Below, piece by piece: positions 9,292 through 18,084 of a stretch of DNA of 64,000 bases (position 1 is its first letter; each line of letters begins with the position of its first letter). Origin of the DNA: an uncultured bacterium (GTDB taxonomy: Bacteria; Fermentibacterota; Fermentibacteria; Fermentibacterales; JCC-6); assembly GCA_965371785.1 (NCBI GenBank), contig CBDUZS010000005.1, forward strand, positions 3,410 through 67,409, in the 5' to 3' direction. A program made the translations under genes and the position numbers. The notes beneath the pieces are model-generated. The model searched no databases. It saw nothing but the letters and a program-made list of their open reading frames with translations, and was not told where the DNA came from.

Positions 9292-9317
9292 GATGGCTGC
9301 CCTTCGGGGCGGCCATC
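9292..9317 (+). terminator. Stable stem-loop with a UUCG tetraloop after the receptor gene (no U tract)
   Basis: gatggctgccc-ttcg-gggcggccatc forms an 11-bp stem with one G-U pair. It sits 23 nt after the stop at 9269. No T run follows, so it may be an RNA-stability or processing element rather than a terminator. Confidence 0.35.
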
Positions 9318-9348
9318 CGGGCCTGACATCAACAAGGAGAGTTTCTAT

Positions 9349-10191
9349 ATGCGCAAGTTCATACTTGCCTTGCTGGTGCTGGCTGCGCTCACGTGGGCTC
9401 AGGCACCGGATGAACCTGAACCGGTAGATACCGGGGATGCCGTCGAAGAGACGGAACAGGTCGAGGAACCTGCCGAGGTGGTTGAAGAGGAAGCTGTCGA
9501 AGCTCCCGTTTCGACAACTGAAGAAGTTGAGGGGGAAGAGGTCGAGCGCCAGCAAAGCGCCAGCATGGACCTCAAGGACCTCTTCATCTCCGGCGGACCA
9601 TTCATGTACCCCCTCCTCCTCTCCCTGCTCATAGGCATCGCCGTCACCGTCGAGAGGTTCATTACCTACGGCAAGGCCAAGGTAAATGTTGCCAGCTTCC
9701 TGGAGAAGGTGGGAGGCTTCATCCGCAAGGGTGACCTCAGGGGTGCTGAAGATCTCTGTGATCGGACACCCGGTCCGGTAGCTTCAATTCTCAGAGCAGG
9801 TCTTCTCAGGCGCGACAAGGGCCTCGAGGACGTCGAGAAGGGTATCGAAGCTGCAGGCGGAATAGAGATGGCTTTCCTCGAGAAGGGGATAGTCGTTCTC
9901 GCATCGGTATCGAGCATCGCTCCGATGCTTGGTTTCCTGGGCACGGTTTCTGGAATGATCAGGGCGTTCGGTGAGATTGCCGCCGCCAAGAACGTCGAAG
10001 CCAGCCTTGTCGCAGGTGGTATCCAGGAGGCTCTTATCACAACCGCCACCGGACTCATTATAGCAATCCCGATCCAGATGGCACACAACTACTTCATTGC
10101 CAGGATCGGCAAGTTCGTAATCGATATGGAGGAGGCCAGCATGTTCCTGATAGACCAGCTGGCCGAGATGGAGCATCTGAAGCAGCTTTAA
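9349..10191 (+). CDS. exbB: MotA/TolQ/ExbB-family proton channel with a signal peptide and an acidic N-terminal extension
   Basis: 'GGPFMYPLLLSLLIGIAVTVERF' and 'APMLGFLGTVSGMIRAFGEIA' are typical ExbB/TolQ motifs. ggagag is upstream of the ATG. Confidence 0.85.
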   Translation: MRKFILALLVLAALTWAQAPDEPEPVDTGDAVEETEQVEEPAEVVEEEAVEAPVSTTEEVEGEEVERQQSASMDLKDLFISGGPFMYPLLLSLLIGIAVTVERFITYGKAKVNVASFLEKVGGFIRKGDLRGAEDLCDRTPGPVASILRAGLLRRDKGLEDVEKGIEAAGGIEMAFLEKGIVVLASVSSIAPMLGFLGTVSGMIRAFGEIAAAKNVEASLVAGGIQEALITTATGLIIAIPIQMAHNYFIARIGKFVIDMEEASMFLIDQLAEMEHLKQL

Positions 10192-10201
10192 GAGGGAGAA
10201 T

Positions 10202-10951
10202 ATGCGGATACGTAACAAACCAAGGGCAAGCGGAGAGATCACTGATTCCTCCATGTCCGATATTGCGTTTCTTCTGCTGATATTCTTCCTGGTCACGACT
10301 ACCTTCGAAGTGCAGAAGGGCATCTCCTACAAGCTTCCCAAGAAGCCCGACGAGAGGGTCGAAGAAGTTGTGATCGACGAGTCTAACAGGCTGGTCATGA
10401 CGATAAAGCAGTGGGGGCTCCACGAGTACGTCGCCCTGATAGATCAGGCGCCGGAAAATGGACCACTGCAGAGAGCCCGCGCGGGAGAGGATGTCAGTCT
10501 CGAAGACACCGTGCTCACCAACGGGATCATGAAACTTGCAGCTGACAGGGCCGAAGCAATGGCCGTTGTCCGGAGCAGGCTTCTGAACAATCTCGAAGTT
10601 GCCAAGGGGGTTCCATCCGGAACCTTCTCCAGCCTGGAATCAGCCATTCAGGCAGAGAACCTGTTCACCCTGGTGCGTCCCGGAATCCTCCGGGAATCCC
10701 TGGGGGGCGATACACCGATGGAGAACGATCCGATCTTTGGAGAAGTCGCCTTTGGTGATACACTGGTTCTCGCCGACCAGCGGCAGGGCGATATCGCCTC
10801 TGTCGTTCGGGAGAGTGAGCTGGTCGTCATTCTCAAGTTCTTCCCTGACTGTGATTACGACGGCATGATCACCGCGCTCGACATGCTGAGGCGCAACGGT
10901 GTCAGCCGTACGGGAATCACCATCCAGGAGAGGCTTGGAGGTGGTGCCTGA
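10202..10951 (+). CDS. exbD: ExbD/TolR-family protein with a long (~170 aa) C-terminal extension
   Basis: The N-terminus 'ITDSSMSDIAFLLLIFFLVTTTF' is the ExbD/TolR anchor motif. At 249 aa it is about 100 aa longer than usual. Confidence 0.75.
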   Translation: MRIRNKPRASGEITDSSMSDIAFLLLIFFLVTTTFEVQKGISYKLPKKPDERVEEVVIDESNRLVMTIKQWGLHEYVALIDQAPENGPLQRARAGEDVSLEDTVLTNGIMKLAADRAEAMAVVRSRLLNNLEVAKGVPSGTFSSLESAIQAENLFTLVRPGILRESLGGDTPMENDPIFGEVAFGDTLVLADQRQGDIASVVRESELVVILKFFPDCDYDGMITALDMLRRNGVSRTGITIQERLGGGA

Positions 10952-11415
10952 TGAAACTGAGGAGGAGAATGGGAACAAGCGGTCACATCTTCACTGGAAC
11001 TATGGCCGATATCGTCTTCCTGCTCCTGGTCTTCTTCATGGCCACTACACTCTTCAAGGAGGACAGTGGCCTGAGGGTACGTTTCCCGCAGGCACACCCG
11101 GAAGTGATGAGTGAGCTCGGCAAACAGTTCCTCAGCGTGACCGTCTGGATCAAACAGATGGAACCGGGGAACGATGAAAGCGAGCTCATCGCCAGAATTG
11201 GCGATTTCGACCTTCCGATCCATCAGGTTCCAGAGCAGCTTCGGAGGCTCAGCGAGAAGTACTGGCGTGAGCAGAACAAACACGTGGACATAATAGTGTT
11301 GAACATCGATCAGAGGGTCCCGATGGGCTCTATGGTCGAGCTGTTCAATTCCATGCGTTTCGAAGAACTCTACAGCATTCAGTTCAATGCAGTCGAGTTC
11401 GGAATCCAGTTTTAG
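10951..11415 (+). CDS. exbD: ExbD/TolR-family biopolymer transport protein
   Basis: 'TGTMADIVFLLLVFFMATTLF' is present. The start overlaps the upstream stop (TGATG). Confidence 0.8.
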   Translation: MKLRRRMGTSGHIFTGTMADIVFLLLVFFMATTLFKEDSGLRVRFPQAHPEVMSELGKQFLSVTVWIKQMEPGNDESELIARIGDFDLPIHQVPEQLRRLSEKYWREQNKHVDIIVLNIDQRVPMGSMVELFNSMRFEELYSIQFNAVEFGIQF

Positions 11416-11428
11416 GAAAGGGGGAAGC

Positions 11429-12100
11429 ATGTCCACCAAAGCAGAGAACAAGCTGAGACAGATGTCTTCCCGGGGAACGGAATGGGGCATTGTCGCAGGG
11501 CTGACCATTCTGTTGGTCTTCTTCGAACTGGTTCCCGCCAGCGAGATCGGCCGTCTATCCACCCGCACCACTGACTCGGAGATGGAAGCGGTCGATGCTG
11601 ATATCGCCTTTGACGACGCTGTCGAGGAGCAGGAGGAAGAAGTACAGGAAGAACAGGAAGAGTTAGAGCAGGAGACGGAAGAACTGGTAGAGGAGCTCCA
11701 GACCGATGTGACCATTTCCCTGAGCGAGGATACCGAAGGGCTGTCAACGGTGGAAACCATTGCTCAGTCCGAGGAGCTTTCCTCAGGGCAGGCAGAGAGT
11801 ACGGGCCCCCCGAGGTTCATGCCCGTCGAGGTGGTTCCGGTATGCACGTACAGACCCACTCCGTCATATCCCGAGATGGCAGCTCAGGCTGGTGTCGAGG
11901 GTGTTGTCACGCTCTGGGTTTACGTGAAGACCGATGGCACCGTTGCGGACGTTCAGCTCTACAACTCCAGCGGTCTGAGTTCGCTTGACGACGCAGCCGT
12001 ATCGGCAGCATGGAACACGAGGTGGACCCCGGCACAGAACAACGGAATCTCCGTTGGCGTCTGGACCACTCTACAGTACGCTTTCACACTGACGGATTGA
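11429..12100 (+). CDS. tonB: TonB-family energy transducer (TM anchor, acidic linker, TonB_C domain)
   Basis: ATG at 11429 follows aagggggaag. The TM helix is WGIVAGLTILLVFFELV. The C-terminus 'YPEMAAQAGVEGVVTLWVYVKTDGTVADVQLYNSSGLSSLDDAAVSAAWNTRWTPA' is TonB_C-like. The linker is Glu-rich rather than Pro-rich. Confidence 0.8.
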   Translation: MSTKAENKLRQMSSRGTEWGIVAGLTILLVFFELVPASEIGRLSTRTTDSEMEAVDADIAFDDAVEEQEEEVQEEQEELEQETEELVEELQTDVTISLSEDTEGLSTVETIAQSEELSSGQAESTGPPRFMPVEVVPVCTYRPTPSYPEMAAQAGVEGVVTLWVYVKTDGTVADVQLYNSSGLSSLDDAAVSAAWNTRWTPAQNNGISVGVWTTLQYAFTLTD

Positions 12101-12203
12101 TGAAATGGACAGAGAGACAGAACTGACAAACATGAGGCACATATCAGGAGGAGGGGATCCTCCGGGTATGTGCTCAGAGGAAGAATTGGAGGTGAAGGAG
12201 GGT

Positions 12204-14438
12204 ATGAGGAACCTCACGCGAAGCAGATTCCTGGTCCCTGTCCTGCTGGTGGTATTTCTACTGGCGGGAACGGGCGTGGCCAGGGAACTGCGCGAACTCC
12301 CCATGCCGGAAGGCAACACTGACGCCAGACCACCCCTGGTCTGGGTACTTCACAATCTCAGTAACGTCTGGTGCGCCTTTCTCAACATTGGGGTTTACGG
12401 TGATCCGTGGGAGAACTACCCAAGAATGGAATGGCCCGGAGGAGAGGGAAGCAATTACCTCTGGATAGGTAACATATGGTCCTGCGTCTACGGACCCGTT
12501 ACACCGACTGGAACCGTGGCCAAGTACGCAAGCACTCCGGATTACTCAGCAGGCTGGGAACTCTGGCCTAGCGAGGGATGCCCGGTGGTCAAGCTGTCAC
12601 CCGGCTCCATTGCTCTCGAGCAGTCGGAATACGGATACGATGACTGGGAACCCACCCAGAACGACGATCCCTACGGGATGAAAATCTACGAGTATAACCT
12701 CGGCTGGGGCACGCCGGGATTCAACAACTTCATCGCAACCGATCACATCATCACCCATCACAGTGAGTTCGGCAATCCGGGAATACCTCTCGATGCCTTT
12801 TCCGTGTCCATAATGGGTGATTGCGATGTAGCCACTGCCGATGTGACAGATTGCCATCTGGATGACATGGTCTACTACGACGGCCATGCAATCTGGTGCA
12901 ACGACCCCGACGCCACCTTCGAATACGAGTTCGATGGAGGGGTCAAGGCATCGGAGCAGGATATCTACACCTATCAGCAGAACCCCGATAACCCGCTGCC
13001 GCCGGAAGACCCTCAGAACGTCTTCTACTACTACAACTACATGGGCAGCGACAACATCCTCGACAACGATGTCGATGGCAACGGAGTGAGTGATCACTTC
13101 ACCGTCATCTTCAAGATAGAGATAGCGTCTGGCGACACGATCTTCGCGGTCGAGCCTAACACCGGTCTCGAGCTCTTCGCCGACGGCGCACCACCCGACT
13201 GGTACGAGCACACAGTGGGCGATACCATCTACTGCGTGATTCCCAGAAACATGAGCAACATCTGGGATACCGATAACCCTGGAACCGGTGTCGACGACTC
13301 CGGTGAACCGGAGCTGGATCCCCCGGTTAACGGTTTCATCGCATGGCGTCTGCTCGATTTCTGGATAAAGAAGGTCGATGGAACCATTGAGCGCCCGATC
13401 GACGTTTACGGTGTGCCGATTGCCATGTCGCATTCCTGGTGGAACTGGGAGAGCGATCCTGGCAACGACATCGAGAAATACAACTACATGTGGGGAGAGA
13501 ACCCGGATCAGAGCGGAAGGCACAGTGGACCTGCCTACTACGTTGACTGGACAGGCAATCCTAACGCACCCAGCGCATTCGAGCCCGTCAACGCCGGCCC
13601 GTTCCCCATCGTGCACGACAACCCCATCGCCCTTGGATACCCTCAGTTCGACTACAGGTTCCTGATATCCGCAGGTCCTGTAGAACTTGCTGACGGTGAC
13701 AGCCTCCATTTCGTGGGCGGCTGGCTTGTAGGGCGCGGGCTTGCAGGGGCACGAGAAGTAGCGGACAACATGCTCGACGCCTACTACCGCGATGGCGGAT
13801 GGGGTGTTCCGCAACTGCCGCCGTCACCAATCCTCTTCTACCAGGCAGGCGATGGTTTCGTGCAGCTCGAGTGGGGCGCGAACGCAGAGAGTTACAACCC
13901 GTTCGGAGGCTACAACATCTACCGCTCGACCTTCGAGCCTTCGGGATGGACTCTCATGCGTACCGAAAGCTCCGGTACCAACAGCTGGACCGACACGTCG
14001 GTTCAGAACGGCTTCCCTTACTACTACGTCGTTACCGCTTACGATGAGGTCACGACCGTAGAGAGCACGAAGTCGAACTACAAACAGACACTCGAAGGCA
14101 CTCCCGTTCCGGTTGTCCCATCCTGGACCGTCGATTCGGGCTGGATGGACAACGTTTCCGTGGTGCCCAACCCGTACAGGGGCTCGGCAGCATGGGAAGT
14201 CACGTACTTCGACAAGATAGCCTTCATCAACCTGCCGGCAATGTGCGACATCGACATCTACACGCTTGCGGGAGATCTGGTTATTACACTGGAACACCGC
14301 AGCGCGTCAGGTGCGGTGGGCACGGCGTACTGGGATCTACTCAGTAGGAATACTCAGGAAGTCACTTCAGGTCTCTACATCTACCGTGTGGCGACTGAAA
14401 GTGATTTCGTGATCGGCAAATTTGCCATCATCAGATAG
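12204..14438 (+). CDS. Large secreted protein with an Fn3-like module and a T9SS-type C-terminal sorting domain
   Basis: ATG at 12204 follows gaaggagg. The signal peptide is MRNLTRSRFLVPVLLVVFLLAGTGVA. The Fn3-like segment is '...GFVQLEWGANAESYNPFGGYNIYRS...YYYVVTAYD'. The C-terminus is 'VVPNPYRG...IDIYTLAGDLV...GLYIYRVATESDFVIGKFAIIR'. Confidence 0.75.
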   Translation: MRNLTRSRFLVPVLLVVFLLAGTGVARELRELPMPEGNTDARPPLVWVLHNLSNVWCAFLNIGVYGDPWENYPRMEWPGGEGSNYLWIGNIWSCVYGPVTPTGTVAKYASTPDYSAGWELWPSEGCPVVKLSPGSIALEQSEYGYDDWEPTQNDDPYGMKIYEYNLGWGTPGFNNFIATDHIITHHSEFGNPGIPLDAFSVSIMGDCDVATADVTDCHLDDMVYYDGHAIWCNDPDATFEYEFDGGVKASEQDIYTYQQNPDNPLPPEDPQNVFYYYNYMGSDNILDNDVDGNGVSDHFTVIFKIEIASGDTIFAVEPNTGLELFADGAPPDWYEHTVGDTIYCVIPRNMSNIWDTDNPGTGVDDSGEPELDPPVNGFIAWRLLDFWIKKVDGTIERPIDVYGVPIAMSHSWWNWESDPGNDIEKYNYMWGENPDQSGRHSGPAYYVDWTGNPNAPSAFEPVNAGPFPIVHDNPIALGYPQFDYRFLISAGPVELADGDSLHFVGGWLVGRGLAGAREVADNMLDAYYRDGGWGVPQLPPSPILFYQAGDGFVQLEWGANAESYNPFGGYNIYRSTFEPSGWTLMRTESSGTNSWTDTSVQNGFPYYYVVTAYDEVTTVESTKSNYKQTLEGTPVPVVPSWTVDSGWMDNVSVVPNPYRGSAAWEVTYFDKIAFINLPAMCDIDIYTLAGDLVITLEHRSASGAVGTAYWDLLSRNTQEVTSGLYIYRVATESDFVIGKFAIIR

Positions 14439-14450
14439 GGAGGAGGGACC

Positions 14451-15434
14451 ATGAAACTAACAAGCGCAGTTCTTACAGTAGCGGTCGCCGTCTTCCTGCT
14501 GTTCCCTGCCTCTGTTGAGGCATCAGCCTATGCGAAGGTAGGAACCTCCGGTGCCCAGTTCCTGAAACTGGGAATGGGTACGCGCGGGGCAGGCATGGCA
14601 GGTGCGTTCATCGCGAGCGCAGACGACGCCAGTGCTGCATACTGGAATCCCGCCTGCCTGGTGAGGGTATCGGGAACCCAGGTGCAGTTCAGCGGGACCC
14701 AGTGGTTCGCCGACGTTCTGTACGGTGCAGCCAACGTGTCCCATCACGTACCGAATCTCGGTACGTTCGGGCTGCAGTTCGGTCTGCTCACTTCCGGTGA
14801 TATGGATGTAACAACCGTCGAGGAACCTCAGGGCACAGGTGAGACGTTCACATGCTCTGATATGGTCATCGGTATATCCTACGCCAGGAAGCTGACAGAT
14901 CGGTTCAGTGCCGGTCTCACGCTGAAATACGTCCGTGAGAGCTGGGATGACGTCAGTGCCGGAGGGCTTGCCGTCGACATCGGCACGCTCTACGACACGG
15001 GTTTCAGAACGCTTCGCATTGGCATGACCATTCAGCACTTCGGTGGTGAACTCACGCCGGATGGCGAATACACTACCTGGAACAGCGGCCAAGACTCAAC
15101 ACTTGCATACGAGTCTTACTCCATGCCGATGACCTTCAAACTGGGTCTTGCCATGGATGTAATCGACCGCGGGCCCAACTTTCTCACGGTGGAGGTCAAT
15201 GGTGTACACCCGGCCGACAACGTAGAGCAGGTCAACGTAGGGGCCGAGTACTGGTACAACAACATGGTAGCCGTCCGAGGAGGCTATCGGATCAATACGG
15301 ATGAAGAAGGTCTCACAGCCGGTGCGGGGTTCCGTATCCCTCTCGGTGACAAGACCATCACCCTTGACTACGCTTACGCCGACTGGAACAAGCTGGACAT
15401 GGTCCACAGAGCCAGTATCGGCATAGCGTTCTGA
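14451..15434 (+). CDS. PorV/PorQ-family outer-membrane beta-barrel protein
   Basis: Signal peptide is present. The family motif is 'GTSGAQFLKLGMGTRGAGMAGAFIASADDASAAYWNPACL'. The product shows an alternating beta-strand pattern and ends '...RASIGIAF'. Confidence 0.7.
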   Translation: MKLTSAVLTVAVAVFLLFPASVEASAYAKVGTSGAQFLKLGMGTRGAGMAGAFIASADDASAAYWNPACLVRVSGTQVQFSGTQWFADVLYGAANVSHHVPNLGTFGLQFGLLTSGDMDVTTVEEPQGTGETFTCSDMVIGISYARKLTDRFSAGLTLKYVRESWDDVSAGGLAVDIGTLYDTGFRTLRIGMTIQHFGGELTPDGEYTTWNSGQDSTLAYESYSMPMTFKLGLAMDVIDRGPNFLTVEVNGVHPADNVEQVNVGAEYWYNNMVAVRGGYRINTDEEGLTAGAGFRIPLGDKTITLDYAYADWNKLDMVHRASIGIAF

Positions 15435-15489
15435 GGAAACTGGAAAACCGGTCGGCGGGGGCTACCCCGCCCCGGTCGGAAGGAATCTG

Positions 15490-16665
15490 ATGGTTCTCAT
15501 GGCGACTTTGATGCTCAGCGGATTGACAGGTTTTCAGGTCTCCTGGACCATAGAGCCTGCAACCTTGCAGACCGACGGTCTGATCGACCTGGAGATCACC
15601 ATCGTAGATGGAGATCTGCTGTTCATCATGGATTCCGGGGAAGAGGCTGCATCCTACGAGGTTGTCGCTTCCCTGGATGACGGCAGCTTTGATCGTGCCA
15701 GTGGTACGATCACGAGATCCGATCTGCCCTTCGTGGAACATCTGTCACTCTCCAGCGATGAACCGGGTGACCACATGGTCTACCTCGTTTTCGGTGATCT
15801 GGAATCCGCGCGAAGGAGGAGATGGCAGGAGGAGATTGAGATTCCGCTGATCGATCAGCTGAGCTGGTCATCAGGGAGTATCCAGATCCCTTCCGTATCT
15901 CCCATTCGGTCAAAGGGTTCAATCGCGGTGCTCTGGGAAGTGTATTCACCCTCACAGATCAGTGATACAGGTTCTGTGAGGGCTGCCTACCTTCTCCATG
16001 ATCGCGGTAATCATCCGATGGGCGAGGGCTGGATGACCGAGGTTGCTTCGGAAAGTGACGGCCTGCTCTTCTCAGCCGAGCTGTCCCTTGACGGAGTCGA
16101 TGCCGGTGAGTTCGAGATCACAACCGCCGCTTTCCTGAGCGACGAAATGATAACCTCATCCCATCGCACCATCAGAGTGCTGCAGAACTGGGACGTCTGG
16201 GGTGAGAACCGGGACGACACCATCAGGCTGGTGAGACCTATTGCCACGAATGCCGAGTTGAATGAGATCGAGGACGCAGCCAACACTGGAGAGAGACTGA
16301 TCGTGATGTCGGATTTCTGGCTGAAACGCGATTATTCTCCTCTCGTTCGTGGTAACGAATTCCTCGAAGAGTACCTGAGGAGACTGGACTACATCTCTCT
16401 CTCCTTCTCGGTTCACAATATCAGTGGAATCGCCACCGATCAGGGCATGGTCTATGCCCTTCTCGGAGAACCTGATATCGTTGAGGACAGACCGATTGAA
16501 CTGTCGACCAGCCCATATCAGATCTGGACGTATTTCTCTCCTGCCGCAACGATTGTGTTCGTGGACAAGGGCGGGTATGGCCAGTACGAACTCAATACTC
16601 CCTGGGAGGATGTCACAAGTGCATACGAGCACATGGATATCTGGAGGGCATATGAGAGCTTCTAG
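15490..16665 (+). CDS. GWxTD-domain family protein (degenerate motif GIATD)
   Basis: The C-terminal 'GIATDQGMVYALLGEPDIVEDRP...YQIWTYFSPAATIVFVDKGGYGQYEL' parallels the GWxTD domain of the next gene. Confidence 0.6.
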   Translation: MVLMATLMLSGLTGFQVSWTIEPATLQTDGLIDLEITIVDGDLLFIMDSGEEAASYEVVASLDDGSFDRASGTITRSDLPFVEHLSLSSDEPGDHMVYLVFGDLESARRRRWQEEIEIPLIDQLSWSSGSIQIPSVSPIRSKGSIAVLWEVYSPSQISDTGSVRAAYLLHDRGNHPMGEGWMTEVASESDGLLFSAELSLDGVDAGEFEITTAAFLSDEMITSSHRTIRVLQNWDVWGENRDDTIRLVRPIATNAELNEIEDAANTGERLIVMSDFWLKRDYSPLVRGNEFLEEYLRRLDYISLSFSVHNISGIATDQGMVYALLGEPDIVEDRPIELSTSPYQIWTYFSPAATIVFVDKGGYGQYELNTPWEDVTSAYEHMDIWRAYESF

Positions 16666-17980
16666 ACAGCTTCTCCCGTTGCTGCTAATGACAGGTCTGG
16701 CCGCCGCTTCAGGGCTCGCTTCGATAAGCCAGGGTGATATCACCTTTGCAATCGACACGGCCGTGTTCTCCCTGGTGCCGGGATCTGATTCCCTTGTACT
16801 GGAAGTCTACCAGGAGATCGATGTGGAGCAGTTCGCGTTCGATGCCTCCGGACTCAGCCTGTTCACGACCGAAGCCTATCTGCTGGATACTTCGGGCGAC
16901 ACCACGGTGATCCAGAGATGGAACTCCGAGGTCGAATGGAGCAGGGGAAGATCGGTAGTGAATGGAACTCTCATACCTGTTTCCTCAGGGGAATACGTTC
17001 TCGTAGTCGTCGTATCCGACAGAGGAAATGGACGACAGGGCACCGTGGAGCGGGATATTCTGATAGATATCCCCGAAACGGTTAGTCAGATCGAGCTTGC
17101 CAGGTTCGTGATGCCGGCCAGTGATGAATCCTCGAACGTTCTGCGAAAGGGCGGAGTGATAGTCTATCCCGCCGCTGACAGCAGGTTCGTTCTCCCGGGG
17201 GAATCACTTGCATTCGTCTATCTCGAAATCTACAATGCAGGCGGCATGACTTACTCCCTGCAGAGCAGACTCGTCTCTCCCACCGGGGAGACGCTCTTCG
17301 CCAGACCCTGGAATTCATTCGAGATTCCTGACGGGATGTCAGTTGTCGGTATTCTCGACAGTCTTGATCTTTCCGCCGCAGCTGGAACCGGTCTTTACAG
17401 GATACGGGTATTCCTTGCTGCCGGTTCGGACACTCTTGTTGTCGAGAAACCGCTCATGATATCCCGGATGTCGGTTCAGGAGGAGATAGCTGCTGCACCG
17501 GTGGATTCTTCCGCCAGGTGCACCGAACAGCTTGCCCTTCTTCTTTCCGAAGGGGAACTGGATATCTTCGGGCATCTGGACGAAGCCGCGAGAAACAGGT
17601 TCTACGACGAGTACTGGAGTTCGAGCAGTTCTGAAAGGGTTGTGTTCGAATCGAGATGCCGTGAGAGCAACAGATTCTCATTCCTCGGCAGAGAGGGATG
17701 GCAAACCGACCGGGGGCGGGTGTACGTGAAGTACGGTGTTCCCGACGACAGAGAGATAGTACCGCTTACGAGTGGTCAGGTCCCGTACGAAATCTGGCGC
17801 TACTACTCTGGTGGTGGCGACGAGTTCGTATTCGTGGATACTGATGGAAGTGGTAGTTACCTTCAGGTCTACTCCACAGTTGATGGAGAGATCAGCTTTG
17901 ACAACTGGCAGGATTTCCTTTCTCCGATCGGTGGCTCCAGATCGGGAGCCTCATACGGTGGAGCGGGAGGGTACCTGTAA
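16652..17980 (+). CDS. GWxTD domain-containing protein
   Basis: ATG at 16652 overlaps the previous gene by 14 nt. The signal peptide is MRASRQLLPLLLMTGLAAASG. The C-terminus is 'GWQTDRGRVYVKYGVPDDREIVP...PYEIWRYYSGGGDEFVFVDTDGSGSYLQV'. Confidence 0.7.
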   Translation: MRASRQLLPLLLMTGLAAASGLASISQGDITFAIDTAVFSLVPGSDSLVLEVYQEIDVEQFAFDASGLSLFTTEAYLLDTSGDTTVIQRWNSEVEWSRGRSVVNGTLIPVSSGEYVLVVVVSDRGNGRQGTVERDILIDIPETVSQIELARFVMPASDESSNVLRKGGVIVYPAADSRFVLPGESLAFVYLEIYNAGGMTYSLQSRLVSPTGETLFARPWNSFEIPDGMSVVGILDSLDLSAAAGTGLYRIRVFLAAGSDTLVVEKPLMISRMSVQEEIAAAPVDSSARCTEQLALLLSEGELDIFGHLDEAARNRFYDEYWSSSSSERVVFESRCRESNRFSFLGREGWQTDRGRVYVKYGVPDDREIVPLTSGQVPYEIWRYYSGGGDEFVFVDTDGSGSYLQVYSTVDGEISFDNWQDFLSPIGGSRSGASYGGAGGYL

Positions 17981-18084
17981 TGGAAGTGAAGGGTGAAAGA
18001 TGTCCGGCGGTTCATCCGTCCCGGGCAAGAGAAGTATTCGATAGTCAGGTGACATGTTCACCATTGTGTCCGAGGAGGTTAAAT

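Noticed and set aside
15435-15489. GC-rich hairpin (ggcgggg-gcta-ccccgcc) after the PorV-like gene, considered as a terminator.
   Set aside because: The stem is only 7 bp, there is no U tract, and the next gene starts about 30 nt later on the same strand. It is more likely an intra-operon structure and too weak to call.
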